Shown here: piece after piece, positions 1-7,482 of the stretch
Layout of the letters: each line of letters begins with the position of its first letter
How positions within the stretch are numbered: position 1 is the stretch's first letter
Origin: Patescibacteria group bacterium
GTDB taxonomy: Bacteria; Patescibacteriota; Minisyncoccia; JAHISW01; Tagabacteraceae
NCBI GenBank assembly: GCA_018817995.1
Contig: JAHISW010000046.1
Span: forward strand, 1-31,384
DNA: 31,384 bases
Direction of reading: 5' to 3'
Notes under the pieces: model-generated
The model's database searches: none
Seen by the model: only the letters and a program-made list of their open reading frames with translations
What the model was told of the DNA's origin: nothing
Program-made: the position numbers and the translations under genes

Positions 1-75
1 GAGCGTGTCGGAAAATATTTATTTCAGAAAACAAAACGCCGCCCGATGGTATTACCTGTGGTTATAGAGATTTAG
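1..75 (+). CDS. rnj: 3' end of ribonuclease J (partial, runs off window start)
   Basis: Frame 1 reads ERVGKYLFQKTKRRPMVLPVVIEI-stop (TAG 73-75), matching the characteristic RNase J C-terminus (T.RRP(M/I).LPV...). Only 24 codons are visible. Not in the ORF track. Confidence 0.75.
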   Translation, partial: ERVGKYLFQKTKRRPMVLPVVIEI

Positions 76-962
76 GAATTTTCTTTTTCTCTTTTAATTT
101 GTTCCTCTCGTAGCTCTCGTAGCTCTCGTAGCCTCTTCTCCATTCTCCAAATAACTGAATCCGGATAATAATGCCTTAAATAAGAACTGCTCCATAACTG
201 ACCTCTTTTTTCTATATCCTTGTCATAATAAAATTTTGGATCAACACCTTCTTTGAAGCGCTGATAATTCTGTAAATCCAACAATGCTCTTTTTAGCTTA
301 TCCGGATTATTTGAGACACTAACCCAAAAAAACGCATGGGCAAATTCATGCACTATCGTTGTCTCTAGGTCAATAGCCAGTATTTCTTTAGTTTCTTCAA
401 GGTGTTTTTTTATGTTCTCTTTATCTTTGCTCCCATAAATAAACGCGGACATTTCACGCTCTTTCTTCAAACCGTCAACAGCAATCTCCAAATTAAGTCT
501 CACAACTATTTCTTGTAATTTCATATCTTCTATGTCCTTAAGTTTTTCTGGCGAGAAACCTACGGCATTTATCTTTTCTCCGTCTTTATAAAAATGAGGC
601 GTGCAGGTTCCGGTTCCTTTCCCAAAATCTATACCAATCAGCATAAGATCAATAACATTAACGTCCCTTCGTTTTTTTATAGGCCAGTGTTTGTTTATAT
701 AATTTTTTACAAAATCGCCACGAAGAATAATTTCCGCCAAAGCGGGAATATCTTCCTCATCCACGGTTTCTTTTTCTCGAAGCTCTTGCTCCATCTCTTT
801 TCTTTCGGAATCTACATATTCACCCTTTTCTTTTAAAAACTTTTCTTTTTCTGGCCAAAATATTTTCTCTTTGTCTCTCTCAATAATTCCTTCTTCATTT
901 TCCTTTTCTTTTAACTCATCTTGCTTTTCTTTTAAAAACATTTTATTTAAAAATTCCATCAC
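72..962 (-). CDS. Hypothetical protein with HExxH (HEFAH) motif, possible zinc metallopeptidase
   Basis: 296-aa ORF with a charged Lys/Glu-rich N-terminus and TTIVHEFAHAF. Start is GTG 962 or ATG 959, and TATACT lies 6 nt upstream of the GTG. Stop overlaps the rnj stop. Confidence 0.6.
   Translation of the reverse strand: MMEFLNKMFLKEKQDELKEKENEEGIIERDKEKIFWPEKEKFLKEKGEYVDSERKEMEQELREKETVDEEDIPALAEIILRGDFVKNYINKHWPIKKRRDVNVIDLMLIGIDFGKGTGTCTPHFYKDGEKINAVGFSPEKLKDIEDMKLQEIVVRLNLEIAVDGLKKEREMSAFIYGSKDKENIKKHLEETKEILAIDLETTIVHEFAHAFFWVSVSNNPDKLKRALLDLQNYQRFKEGVDPKFYYDKDIEKRGQLWSSSYLRHYYPDSVIWRMEKRLRELRELREEQIKREKENS
105..131. repeat. Perfect 9-bp tandem repeat (CTCTCGTAG)x3 encoding (LRE)x3
   Basis: Units at 105-113, 114-122 and 123-131, in-frame in the C-terminus of ORF 72..962. 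Confidence 0.9.
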
Positions 963-1015
963 ACATACAGTATATAGCTGTCCTCAAAAATAAACAATAT
1001 TATTCAGAATACATT

Positions 1016-1054
1016 TTTACCATCCATTCGCGATCGTGGCTATTTGGCAAAAAT
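1016..1054. repeat. 39-bp direct repeat, copy downstream of the PaaX/Cas2-like gene
   Basis: TTTACCATCCATTCGCGATCGTGGCTATTTGGCAAAAAT, 37/39 identical to 1642-1680. Imperfect palindrome centred on CGATCG, 3 nt from the stop codon. Confidence 0.92.
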
Positions 1055-1057
1055 CAA

Positions 1058-1609
1058 TTACAAACCAAAGTGCTTTTTTAGATGCAACTCGTTATCCAAC
1101 GAATCGGCAATAACAAATCTAACGAACTTTCTAATATTATGGAATTCTATAATATAATCAATTTCCTTTTTACAATCATAGGGATGAATAAAGACACTTT
1201 TTTGAAATTCAAAAAAATCAAGTTTTTTAAGACGGAAACGTAATGCGTCTCTTTCTTTTTTATTAAGCTCAGGAATATCAAACAAAACAATCCTCCATTT
1301 TTTATCCCACTGTTGAGGTTTTTGAATCTCCATTTTATCAAAATCGTAAGATAATGCTCTCTTTTTCCCTCGTTTTGTAAGAGTCATATTGAAAGTTCCA
1401 TCCTTATTCTTTGTTTCTTTAATCATTCCCGCGCCATACAAACTAAAAACAGAACGCTTCAGAGCCCGCCTCTCTATCTCCTCCCAATCTTCCGCCAACC
1501 CTCGTAAAATTTTAAAATAAGTTTTCGGGGACCCGGAAAGACCTAGGACTAAACCTCCAAACAATAGCAATAAAACCTTTTGTTGTATTTCCCCATAACC
1601 TCTCGGCAT
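1058..1609 (-). CDS. PaaX-family-like protein: putative winged-helix N-terminus plus Cas2-like (ferredoxin-fold) domain
   Basis: 183 aa. WDKKWRIVLFDIPE...RDALRFRLKKLDFFEFQKSVFIHPYDC resembles the PaaX central/Cas2-like domain, and ...LTKRGKK fits a wHTH wing. No cas1 or array is in the window. Confidence 0.75.
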   Translation of the reverse strand: MPRGYGEIQQKVLLLLFGGLVLGLSGSPKTYFKILRGLAEDWEEIERRALKRSVFSLYGAGMIKETKNKDGTFNMTLTKRGKKRALSYDFDKMEIQKPQQWDKKWRIVLFDIPELNKKERDALRFRLKKLDFFEFQKSVFIHPYDCKKEIDYIIEFHNIRKFVRFVIADSLDNELHLKKHFGL

Positions 1610-1641
1610 GTTTTAATTTAATCTTATCATAAATTCTCAAA

Positions 1642-1680
1642 TTTACCATCCATTCGCGATCGTGGCTGTATGGCAAAAAT
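1642..1680. repeat. 39-bp direct repeat, copy upstream of the PaaX/Cas2-like gene
   Basis: TTTACCATCCATTCGCGATCGTGGCTGTATGGCAAAAAT, lying between the phosphomannomutase stop (1691) and the ATG at 1609. Confidence 0.92.
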
Positions 1681-1690
1681 GTTTATTTTG

Positions 1691-3022
1691 TTATTTCGTG
1701 TTGTTTTGACCATCGCCAAAAACATCGTCTAGAAATTCCAAAATTTCCTCTTTCTTCTCTTCCATTAGCGTCTCCGTTTCAGCTTCAATAACCAAACGCA
1801 TCAATGGCTCCGTGTTTGACGGACGCAAATTGAACCACCAGCTTGCCCCGCCACTGGCGGGGCTTGTCCCGTTCGTGACGGGGTTTGGATATTCTACCAA
1901 AATACCATCCTCAAAATTCTGGTTACCATCTCCATATTTTTCTTTTACTTTTTCCAAAATTTTATCCCATTCTCCCTTAGAAGAAAGTGGTAAATTAATT
2001 TCTCCTGAATGAAAATATCCGGAAAAACGATCTGCTAATTCTGATATTTTTAAACCAGAATTTTTGTCCAATGCTTCCAAAAGCATTCTTAAAGCAAAGA
2101 GTGCGGATTCAACATAATTAAGTTGCCCAAAATAGTAATGACTGGAAATCTCTAAGCCAAAAACAGCGTTTTTTTCTTTCATCGCTTTTTTAATATAAAA
2201 ATGCCCAACCCTGCTAATTTCTGTCCTAATTCCTTTTTCCTGAAAATGTTTTTTCAATTTTCTGGTTGAAACAACATCTTGAATTATCAAGTCTCCCTTT
2301 TCTAAAAAAGCATCAGCAATAATTCCACCGACAATATCCCCCCTTATCTCATTTTTGTTTTCGTCAAATACTTTTAACCTGTCCCCGTCGGCATCAAAAG
2401 AGACGCTAAAATCCGCATCAGAACTTGCGCAAACTTCTATCCCCATTTTTTCCAAAAAAGAGGGCAAAAATAAACCAACCACACTTTCCCTTGTATCTAT
2501 ATTTATTTTAATTTTACGATTTATTTTGAAATTTTTTGTAATCAAATCTAAATAGTCACCAGAAACATTAATGCTTTTTTCCGCGCCTTTTTTGTTGAAA
2601 TCCTTTAACTTTGCTTCTCTTAAAAATCTTTCTATATCCACTCCCCCTATCGGCTGGGCATTTTTATCCGTAAATTTTATACCATTGTATGTTTGAGGGT
2701 TGTGTGAAGCTGTTATCATCGCTCCGCCATCGCAACCCAAATGGTCAACAGCAAAATAAAGCATTGGTGTGGTCGCCTCGCCAATATTCAAAACATCTAT
2801 ACCGGAGTCTTTCAGGCCGTTCACAAACGAATCCGACAACGACAGTGAGCTGGGGCGAATGTCGCGCCCAACGGCAATCTTTCCTTTTCTTGCCCCGTTT
2901 TGTGCAGGGTCAATATAACTCGCGAAACCCCCGCCAAGAGTATAAAAAATATCCTCGCTTATATCCTCGCCATAAACACCCCTGACATCATACGCCCTAA
3001 AAATTTTCGGGTTGATATTCAT
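1691..3022 (-). CDS. Phosphomannomutase/phosphoglucomutase (alpha-D-phosphohexomutase family)
   Basis: IFRAYDVRG, MITASHNP (phosphoserine loop), FDADGDR (metal loop), LEISSHYYF and WFNLRPSNTEP. Start moved from 3046 to ATG 3022 (MNINPKIF), which has TATACT 8 nt upstream. Confidence 0.92.
   Translation of the reverse strand: MNINPKIFRAYDVRGVYGEDISEDIFYTLGGGFASYIDPAQNGARKGKIAVGRDIRPSSLSLSDSFVNGLKDSGIDVLNIGEATTPMLYFAVDHLGCDGGAMITASHNPQTYNGIKFTDKNAQPIGGVDIERFLREAKLKDFNKKGAEKSINVSGDYLDLITKNFKINRKIKINIDTRESVVGLFLPSFLEKMGIEVCASSDADFSVSFDADGDRLKVFDENKNEIRGDIVGGIIADAFLEKGDLIIQDVVSTRKLKKHFQEKGIRTEISRVGHFYIKKAMKEKNAVFGLEISSHYYFGQLNYVESALFALRMLLEALDKNSGLKISELADRFSGYFHSGEINLPLSSKGEWDKILEKVKEKYGDGNQNFEDGILVEYPNPVTNGTSPASGGASWWFNLRPSNTEPLMRLVIEAETETLMEEKKEEILEFLDDVFGDGQNNTK
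1845..1882. repeat. Two adjacent GC-rich hairpins in-frame in phosphomannomutase
   Basis: GCCCCGCCA-C-TGGCGGGGC (1845-1863, perfect 9+1+9) and CCCGT-TCGTG-ACGGG (1868-1882). Together they encode most of NPVTNGTSPASGGAS. Confidence 0.85.
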
Positions 3023-3030
3023 TATTACTA

Positions 3031-3038
3031 AGTATAAC
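3031..3038. promoter_or_regulatory. Overlapping divergent -10 hexamers in a 24-bp intergenic gap
   Basis: TATAAC (+, 3033-3038) is 8 nt before the ychF ATG at 3047. TATACT (-, 3031-3036) is 8 nt before the phosphomannomutase ATG at 3022. Confidence 0.6.
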
Positions 3039-3046
3039 ATCAACAT

Positions 3047-4111
3047 ATGAAGATAGGTATCGTGGGCCTGCCAAATGTGGGGAAATCAACGCTTTTCAAA
3101 GCCCTAACAAGAATACCGGTAGATATAAACAACTACCCTTTTTGCACCATTGAGCCGAACATTGGCATTGTTGAAATACCGGACAAAAGAGTTGACCGGC
3201 TCGCGGAAATTTTTTCATCGCGAAAAAAAATTTACGCAGTAATAGAATTTGTTGACATAGCGGGGTTGATTGAAGGAGCAGCGGAAGGACAAGGTCTTGG
3301 AAATAAATTTCTGCACCATATCAGAGAAGTTGATGCCATTATCCAAGTTGTCAGGATGTTTGAAAATGAAAAAATCATCCACGTCCGAGGGAAAATACAC
3401 CCAAAAGAAGACATCGGTATTATTAACACCGAACTGATATTAGCCGACATTGAAACCGTCCAAAAAAGAATTTCTAAGCTGGAAAAACAATCTCACTCGG
3501 GTGATAAAGACGCCATAAAACAACTAAGGATCACAAAAGAATTAGAGGAAGTTTTGAATGGAAACGACGTGTTTGAAATTAAAAAGTTTGCGGATTCGCT
3601 GGGAAAAAACGTAGATTTAATAAAAGATTTGCACTTGCTCTCGCTAAAGCCGAGTCTTTATGTTCTTAATGTTGATTCTTACGAAAAACTGGAAGAACAA
3701 TTTTCGAAATTCTCAATAGACATAGCTGACCCTAAGAATATCGCTATTGACACAAAAACAGAGGAAGAAATTTTGGAGTTGTCAGAAGAGGAAAAGAAAG
3801 AATTAAAACTGAAATCTCAATTGGAAAAACTGACAAAAGGAAGCTACGATCTTTTGGGACTAATGACGTTTCTCACTTCCGGAGAGGACGAAACTCGCGC
3901 GTGGACGATTCCCAAGAACTCAACGGCGCCCCGCGCCGGACGCGCCATACATAGCGATTTCGAAAACAAATTTATACGCGCCGATGTTATTCCGTACGCC
4001 AAACTAATAGAAGCTAGGACAATGGAAGAATCCAAAAAAAGGAATTTTGTCCAAACAGTCGGCAAAAACTACATCGTCCAAGACGGCGACATAATAGAAT
4101 TTAGGATATAA
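3047..4111 (+). CDS. ychF: Redox-regulated ATPase YchF (Obg family)
   Basis: GIVGLPNVGKSTLF, NYPFCTIEPN, FVDIAGL, GQGLGNKFL and a C-terminal TGS domain (YIVQDGDII). Confidence 0.97.
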   Translation: MKIGIVGLPNVGKSTLFKALTRIPVDINNYPFCTIEPNIGIVEIPDKRVDRLAEIFSSRKKIYAVIEFVDIAGLIEGAAEGQGLGNKFLHHIREVDAIIQVVRMFENEKIIHVRGKIHPKEDIGIINTELILADIETVQKRISKLEKQSHSGDKDAIKQLRITKELEEVLNGNDVFEIKKFADSLGKNVDLIKDLHLLSLKPSLYVLNVDSYEKLEEQFSKFSIDIADPKNIAIDTKTEEEILELSEEEKKELKLKSQLEKLTKGSYDLLGLMTFLTSGEDETRAWTIPKNSTAPRAGRAIHSDFENKFIRADVIPYAKLIEARTMEESKKRNFVQTVGKNYIVQDGDIIEFRI

Positions 4112-4131
4112 AACAAAAAACCCCGCAACCC

Positions 4132-4164
4132 TATCTGTGGGACATCGGATATCCCACAAATACA
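4132..4164. repeat. REP-like palindrome A, downstream copy
   Basis: TATCTGTGGGACATCGGATATCCCACAAATACA. Positions 4136-4164 are identical (29 bp) to 4630-4658. Confidence 0.92.
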
Positions 4165-4174
4165 AATACCGGCA

Positions 4175-4837
4175 CTAATCTATCGTAAATTCTCTGATTT
4201 GTTCAAAAGTATTTTTTGCTTTATTTTTGTTCGCACTACAGTCCTTCAAGAATTCATCATATTCATCGTAATCTTTACAATTTGACCACCGGTATGACTG
4301 AAGAAATTTTTTTGCTTTGTGCCAATTTTTAATCCCCTCTTCCTTCCATCTTGTCTCAAAAAGATCTAACGGATTCATATAAATATATTGAACAAGATAA
4401 TTTAAGTACTCGTCTCTATCAATTAAAACCGCCTTGAACTTACCTTGAAATAAAACACCGTCTCTTTCGTATTTTTCATTAAAATATTTCGTATAACCAA
4501 TTCCTAATTTTTGCATAAACTTAGAAATACCACAATCTTCCAGCTGTTCCAGTATTAAATGGAAATGATTCGGCATCAAACAACTACAATGAATCTTAAC
4601 AACTGGCTTCCTATCTTTCTCGTCAATTTTGTGGGACATCGGATATCCCACAAATACAGTGCCCTCTTCCACAATCACACGACGGAAAAGATTTATTGAA
4701 GAATTCCTGTCGTTGAAGTCTCTCAAGCCAAAAAGGAATCTACTATAATCCTTGTCTTCCATAAAAACCTTGCGCTTATCAGTTCCACGATTAAAAATAT
4801 GGTAAAAATGATTATTTGCAAATTTTGGTCTTTTCAT
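4175..4837 (-). CDS. REP-associated tyrosine transposase (RAYT; Y1_Tnp/IS200-like HUH endonuclease)
   Basis: FYHIFNRG, CLMPNHFHLIL (HUH), LFQGKFKA, YIYMNP (catalytic Tyr) and YRWS. Start moved from 4963 to ATG 4837 (MKRPKF), which has TATAAT 7 nt upstream. No tnpB is adjacent. Confidence 0.88.
   Translation of the reverse strand: MKRPKFANNHFYHIFNRGTDKRKVFMEDKDYSRFLFGLRDFNDRNSSINLFRRVIVEEGTVFVGYPMSHKIDEKDRKPVVKIHCSCLMPNHFHLILEQLEDCGISKFMQKLGIGYTKYFNEKYERDGVLFQGKFKAVLIDRDEYLNYLVQYIYMNPLDLFETRWKEEGIKNWHKAKKFLQSYRWSNCKDYDEYDEFLKDCSANKNKAKNTFEQIREFTID
4630..4658. repeat. REP-like palindrome A, in-frame copy inside the RAYT gene
   Basis: TGTGGGACATCGGATATCCCACAAATACA, whose minus strand encodes VFVGYPMSH(K). 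Confidence 0.92.
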
Positions 4838-4860
4838 TGGATTTATTATATACCCTTTTT

Positions 4861-4891
4861 TATCTGTGGGACATCCGATTTCCCACAGATA
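4861..4891. repeat. REP-like palindrome A, upstream copy
   Basis: TATCTGTGGGA-CATCCGATT-TCCCACAGATA, a perfect 11-bp outer stem starting 10 nt upstream of the RAYT -10 box. Confidence 0.92.
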
Positions 4892-4942
4892 CCAGAAGGG
4901 GTTGCGTAATTGGGAAAAGGCTGATACTATATTCTCTATAAT

Positions 4943-5383
4943 ATGGACAAGGCAAAAGAGCAATACGAAATCGGATATCTATTAAAACCGACCCTCAAAG
5001 AGGAAGATATTTCTAGTTTTCTTTTAAAATTAAGTGATGATATTACCAAAAGAAATGGTATGGTAATTTCTGAGGGAAAAACAAAAAAACAAACTTTAGC
5101 CTACCCAATCAAAAAAGAAACTTCCGCAATGTTTAATTGGATAAAATTCTCTTTGGACCCAATCTTTATAAGAGAGATCAAAGACATAATGGATGCGAAT
5201 CCTGTTGTGTTAAGATTTTTAATTATAAAAACAAAAGAAGAGAAACGAAAAGAACCGTCATCGATAAAGGTATTTTCCATCGCTAAAAAAACCGCTCAAA
5301 CCGAACAACAAATAATTGAAAAAGAGAGCGTCCAAGAAGAAGAAATTGATAAAAAAATAGAGGAGCTTCTTGGAGAAAATTAA
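4943..5383 (+). CDS. rpsF: 30S ribosomal protein S6
   Basis: YEIGYLL, LAYPIKK and VLRFLIIK. First gene of the canonical rpsF-ssb-rpsR order. Confidence 0.93.
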   Translation: MDKAKEQYEIGYLLKPTLKEEDISSFLLKLSDDITKRNGMVISEGKTKKQTLAYPIKKETSAMFNWIKFSLDPIFIREIKDIMDANPVVLRFLIIKTKEEKRKEPSSIKVFSIAKKTAQTEQQIIEKESVQEEEIDKKIEELLGEN

Positions 5384-5413
5384 AAAGATAATTATCATTC
5401 ATACAATTTTTAC

Positions 5414-5878
5414 ATGAATTTAAATAAAGCTTTTATTATCGGGAATTTGACAAGAGATCCAGAAATGAAGACTTTGCCTTCCGGAACTCCTGTTGTTTCT
5501 TTTGGAGTCGCGACAAATAGAGTTTGGAAAAACCAAAGTGGCGAGAAACAGCAAGAAGTTCAATTCCACAACATTGTTGTTTTTGGCAGACAAGCTGAAG
5601 TCGCAAACCAATACTTAAAAAAGGGCAGTAGCGCTCTAATAGAAGGAAGGATTCAGACTAGTCACTGGGAAGCCCAAGATGGAACAAAAAGATCCAAAAC
5701 GGAAATTGTGGCAGAAAGAATTCAACTGGGTCCAAGAAGAAACGGCCAAAACAGTTCCTCTCCAACAGATTTTAGCAAAAATGCAAACAACAGTAATCCG
5801 TCCAGCCAAAAGACAGAGTCGTTAGATACAATTGAATATCCAGAAGAAAATAACGACCCCGACAACATACCATTCTAA
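5414..5878 (+). CDS. ssb: Single-stranded DNA-binding protein
   Basis: MNLNKAFIIGNLTRDPE, IEGRIQT and the acidic C-terminal tail DNIPF. Confidence 0.97.
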   Translation: MNLNKAFIIGNLTRDPEMKTLPSGTPVVSFGVATNRVWKNQSGEKQQEVQFHNIVVFGRQAEVANQYLKKGSSALIEGRIQTSHWEAQDGTKRSKTEIVAERIQLGPRRNGQNSSSPTDFSKNANNSNPSSQKTESLDTIEYPEENNDPDNIPF

Positions 5879-5890
5879 TAAATAAAATTT

Positions 5891-6094
5891 ATGGCAAAAA
5901 ACTGCTACTTCTGCGCAAATAATATGAGGAGGATAGATTACAAAGAAACCAAAAACTTTGAGCAGTTTTTGGACGAGCAAGCAAAAATTATTCGCAGAAA
6001 AGAAACTCATTTTTGTGTCAAACACCAAAAAAAACTAACCCAGGCAATTAAGAGAGCCCGTTTTTTGGCTCTTATTCCTTTCGTCAGGCAATAA
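5891..6094 (+). CDS. rpsR: 30S ribosomal protein S18 (zinc-binding type)
   Basis: CYFC...IDYKE...CVKHQKKLTQAIKRARFLALIPF. Confidence 0.95.
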   Translation: MAKNCYFCANNMRRIDYKETKNFEQFLDEQAKIIRRKETHFCVKHQKKLTQAIKRARFLALIPFVRQ

Positions 6095-6108
6095 AAATAG
6101 GTTTTATT

Positions 6109-7116
6109 TTAAATTAAAATCTCTTTAATTTTCTTTTTTAGTTCTTGTTTTATCGCGAGGTTTTCTTTCAGAAACGTTCTTGCTTTTTCATATCCCGCGC
6201 CTAACTTTATGTTTCCATAAGAATAGGATACCCCCGATTTTTTTATAATCCCGTGTTTTTCTCCCAACATCAGAATTTCGCCCGTTGAAGATATACCCTC
6301 ATTGTAAATCAAATCAAATTCAGCCACCCGAAAAGGCGCCGCCGTTTTATTTTTGACAACCTTCGCTCTAGTCCTGCTGCCAATCACTTCATCTCCCTTT
6401 TTTATTTGAGCTATCCTTCTCACATCTATTCTAACAGAAGAGTAGAATTTCAAAGCTCTGCCACCCGGTGTTGTTTCGGGATTGCCAAACATAATACCTA
6501 TCTTCATCCTAAGTTGGTTTATAAATATAACAACTGTTTTGGATTTTGCGATTATGGCAGTAAGCTTTCTAAGTGCTTGCGACATCAACCTTGCCTGCAA
6601 TCCGATATGTTTATCCCCCATCTCCCCTTCAATTTCGGCCCGAGGAGTAAGAGCGGCAACCGAATCAATCACAATAACATCTATTTTGTTTGAACGCACC
6701 AAGCTTTCTGTAATCTCAAGCGCTTGTTCTCCATTGTCTGGCTGAGAAATTAAAAGATTTTCAATTTCAACACCTAATTTCTTGGCATACTCGGGATCAA
6801 GCGCGTGTTCAGCATCTATAAATGCGCACAAACCGCCCTTCTTCTGAGCTTCGGCAACGACATGCAATGCCAATGTTGTTTTTCCGGAAGACTCCGGGCC
6901 ATAAATCTCTATTATTCTTCCCCTGGGCACCCCCCCCACGCCAAGCGCGGCATCAAGAGATATTGAGCCCGTCGGGATAGCATCAACATCCACCCTGCGC
7001 GCATCGCCAAGTTTCATTATCGCTCCCTCTCCATATTTAGACTTAATCCCCTCCAGTACAACATTTATCTCTTCCCCATCAATTTTTGCTTTGTTTGTTT
7101 TTTTAGATTTTATCAT
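6109..7116 (-). CDS. recA: Recombinase RecA
   Basis: [27 protein letters not shown] and [19 protein letters not shown]. Confidence 0.98.
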   Translation of the reverse strand: MIKSKKTNKAKIDGEEINVVLEGIKSKYGEGAIMKLGDARRVDVDAIPTGSISLDAALGVGGVPRGRIIEIYGPESSGKTTLALHVVAEAQKKGGLCAFIDAEHALDPEYAKKLGVEIENLLISQPDNGEQALEITESLVRSNKIDVIVIDSVAALTPRAEIEGEMGDKHIGLQARLMSQALRKLTAIIAKSKTVVIFINQLRMKIGIMFGNPETTPGGRALKFYSSVRIDVRRIAQIKKGDEVIGSRTRAKVVKNKTAAPFRVAEFDLIYNEGISSTGEILMLGEKHGIIKKSGVSYSYGNIKLGAGYEKARTFLKENLAIKQELKKKIKEILI

Positions 7117-7122
7117 ACCTTG

Positions 7123-7482
7123 TTATTTATTAACAATTTCTATCTTTTTATTTACTTTCCTTCCAAATTTATCTTTGGCCGTCAATTCAATGATATTATA
7201 TCCCTTCGTCAAAATCAACTGCTCTTCAAAATTACCAAAACTATCAGTAATAATGGGCCTATCATTTAACAACAAGCTGTCCGTATTCACAGCGCTTCCG
7301 TTTACAAAAACAATCGACTTACTTAGTGTTTCCCCATTTTCAGGAGATCTTACGGCAATCTGTGGACCTAATAAAAAAGCCCTTGACTGGTGAAAAAAAT
7401 AAAAAAACAGACAAACAGAAACGCACAGGCCAATAAATAACTTAATAAAAAAACTATTTCTGCCCATCATAATTTTCTTCAC
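7123..7482 (-). CDS. Membrane-anchored protein with a bacterial Ig-like domain
   Basis: Hydrophobic N-terminal helix followed by GPQIAV.SPENG...VNG...GNF...LTKGYNIIELTAKDKFG, an Ig-like beta-sandwich pattern. Lies between ftsK and recA. True start may be ATG 7470 or 7467. Confidence 0.65.
   Translation of the reverse strand: MKKIMMGRNSFFIKLFIGLCVSVCLFFYFFHQSRAFLLGPQIAVRSPENGETLSKSIVFVNGSAVNTDSLLLNDRPIITDSFGNFEEQLILTKGYNIIELTAKDKFGRKVNKKIEIVNK

Larger units (their letters stand above)
4124..4906 (-). mobile_element. RAYT cassette 1: Y1-HUH transposase with three cognate palindromes and an outer 8-bp inverted repeat
   Basis: Palindromes at 4132-4164, 4630-4658 and 4861-4891. Outer inverted repeat is CGCAACCC (4124-4131) / GGGTTGCG (4899-4906). 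Confidence 0.7.

Noticed and set aside
1016-1680. CRISPR-Cas locus (Cas2-like protein plus repeats)
   Set aside because: There are only two repeats, separated by a whole gene. No spacer-sized array and no cas1 or effector genes are in the window.
4838-4963. N-terminal extension of the RAYT1 ORF in the ORF track
   Set aside because: It runs through the palindrome and promoter and overlaps the rpsF start. Family similarity begins at MKRPKF (4837).
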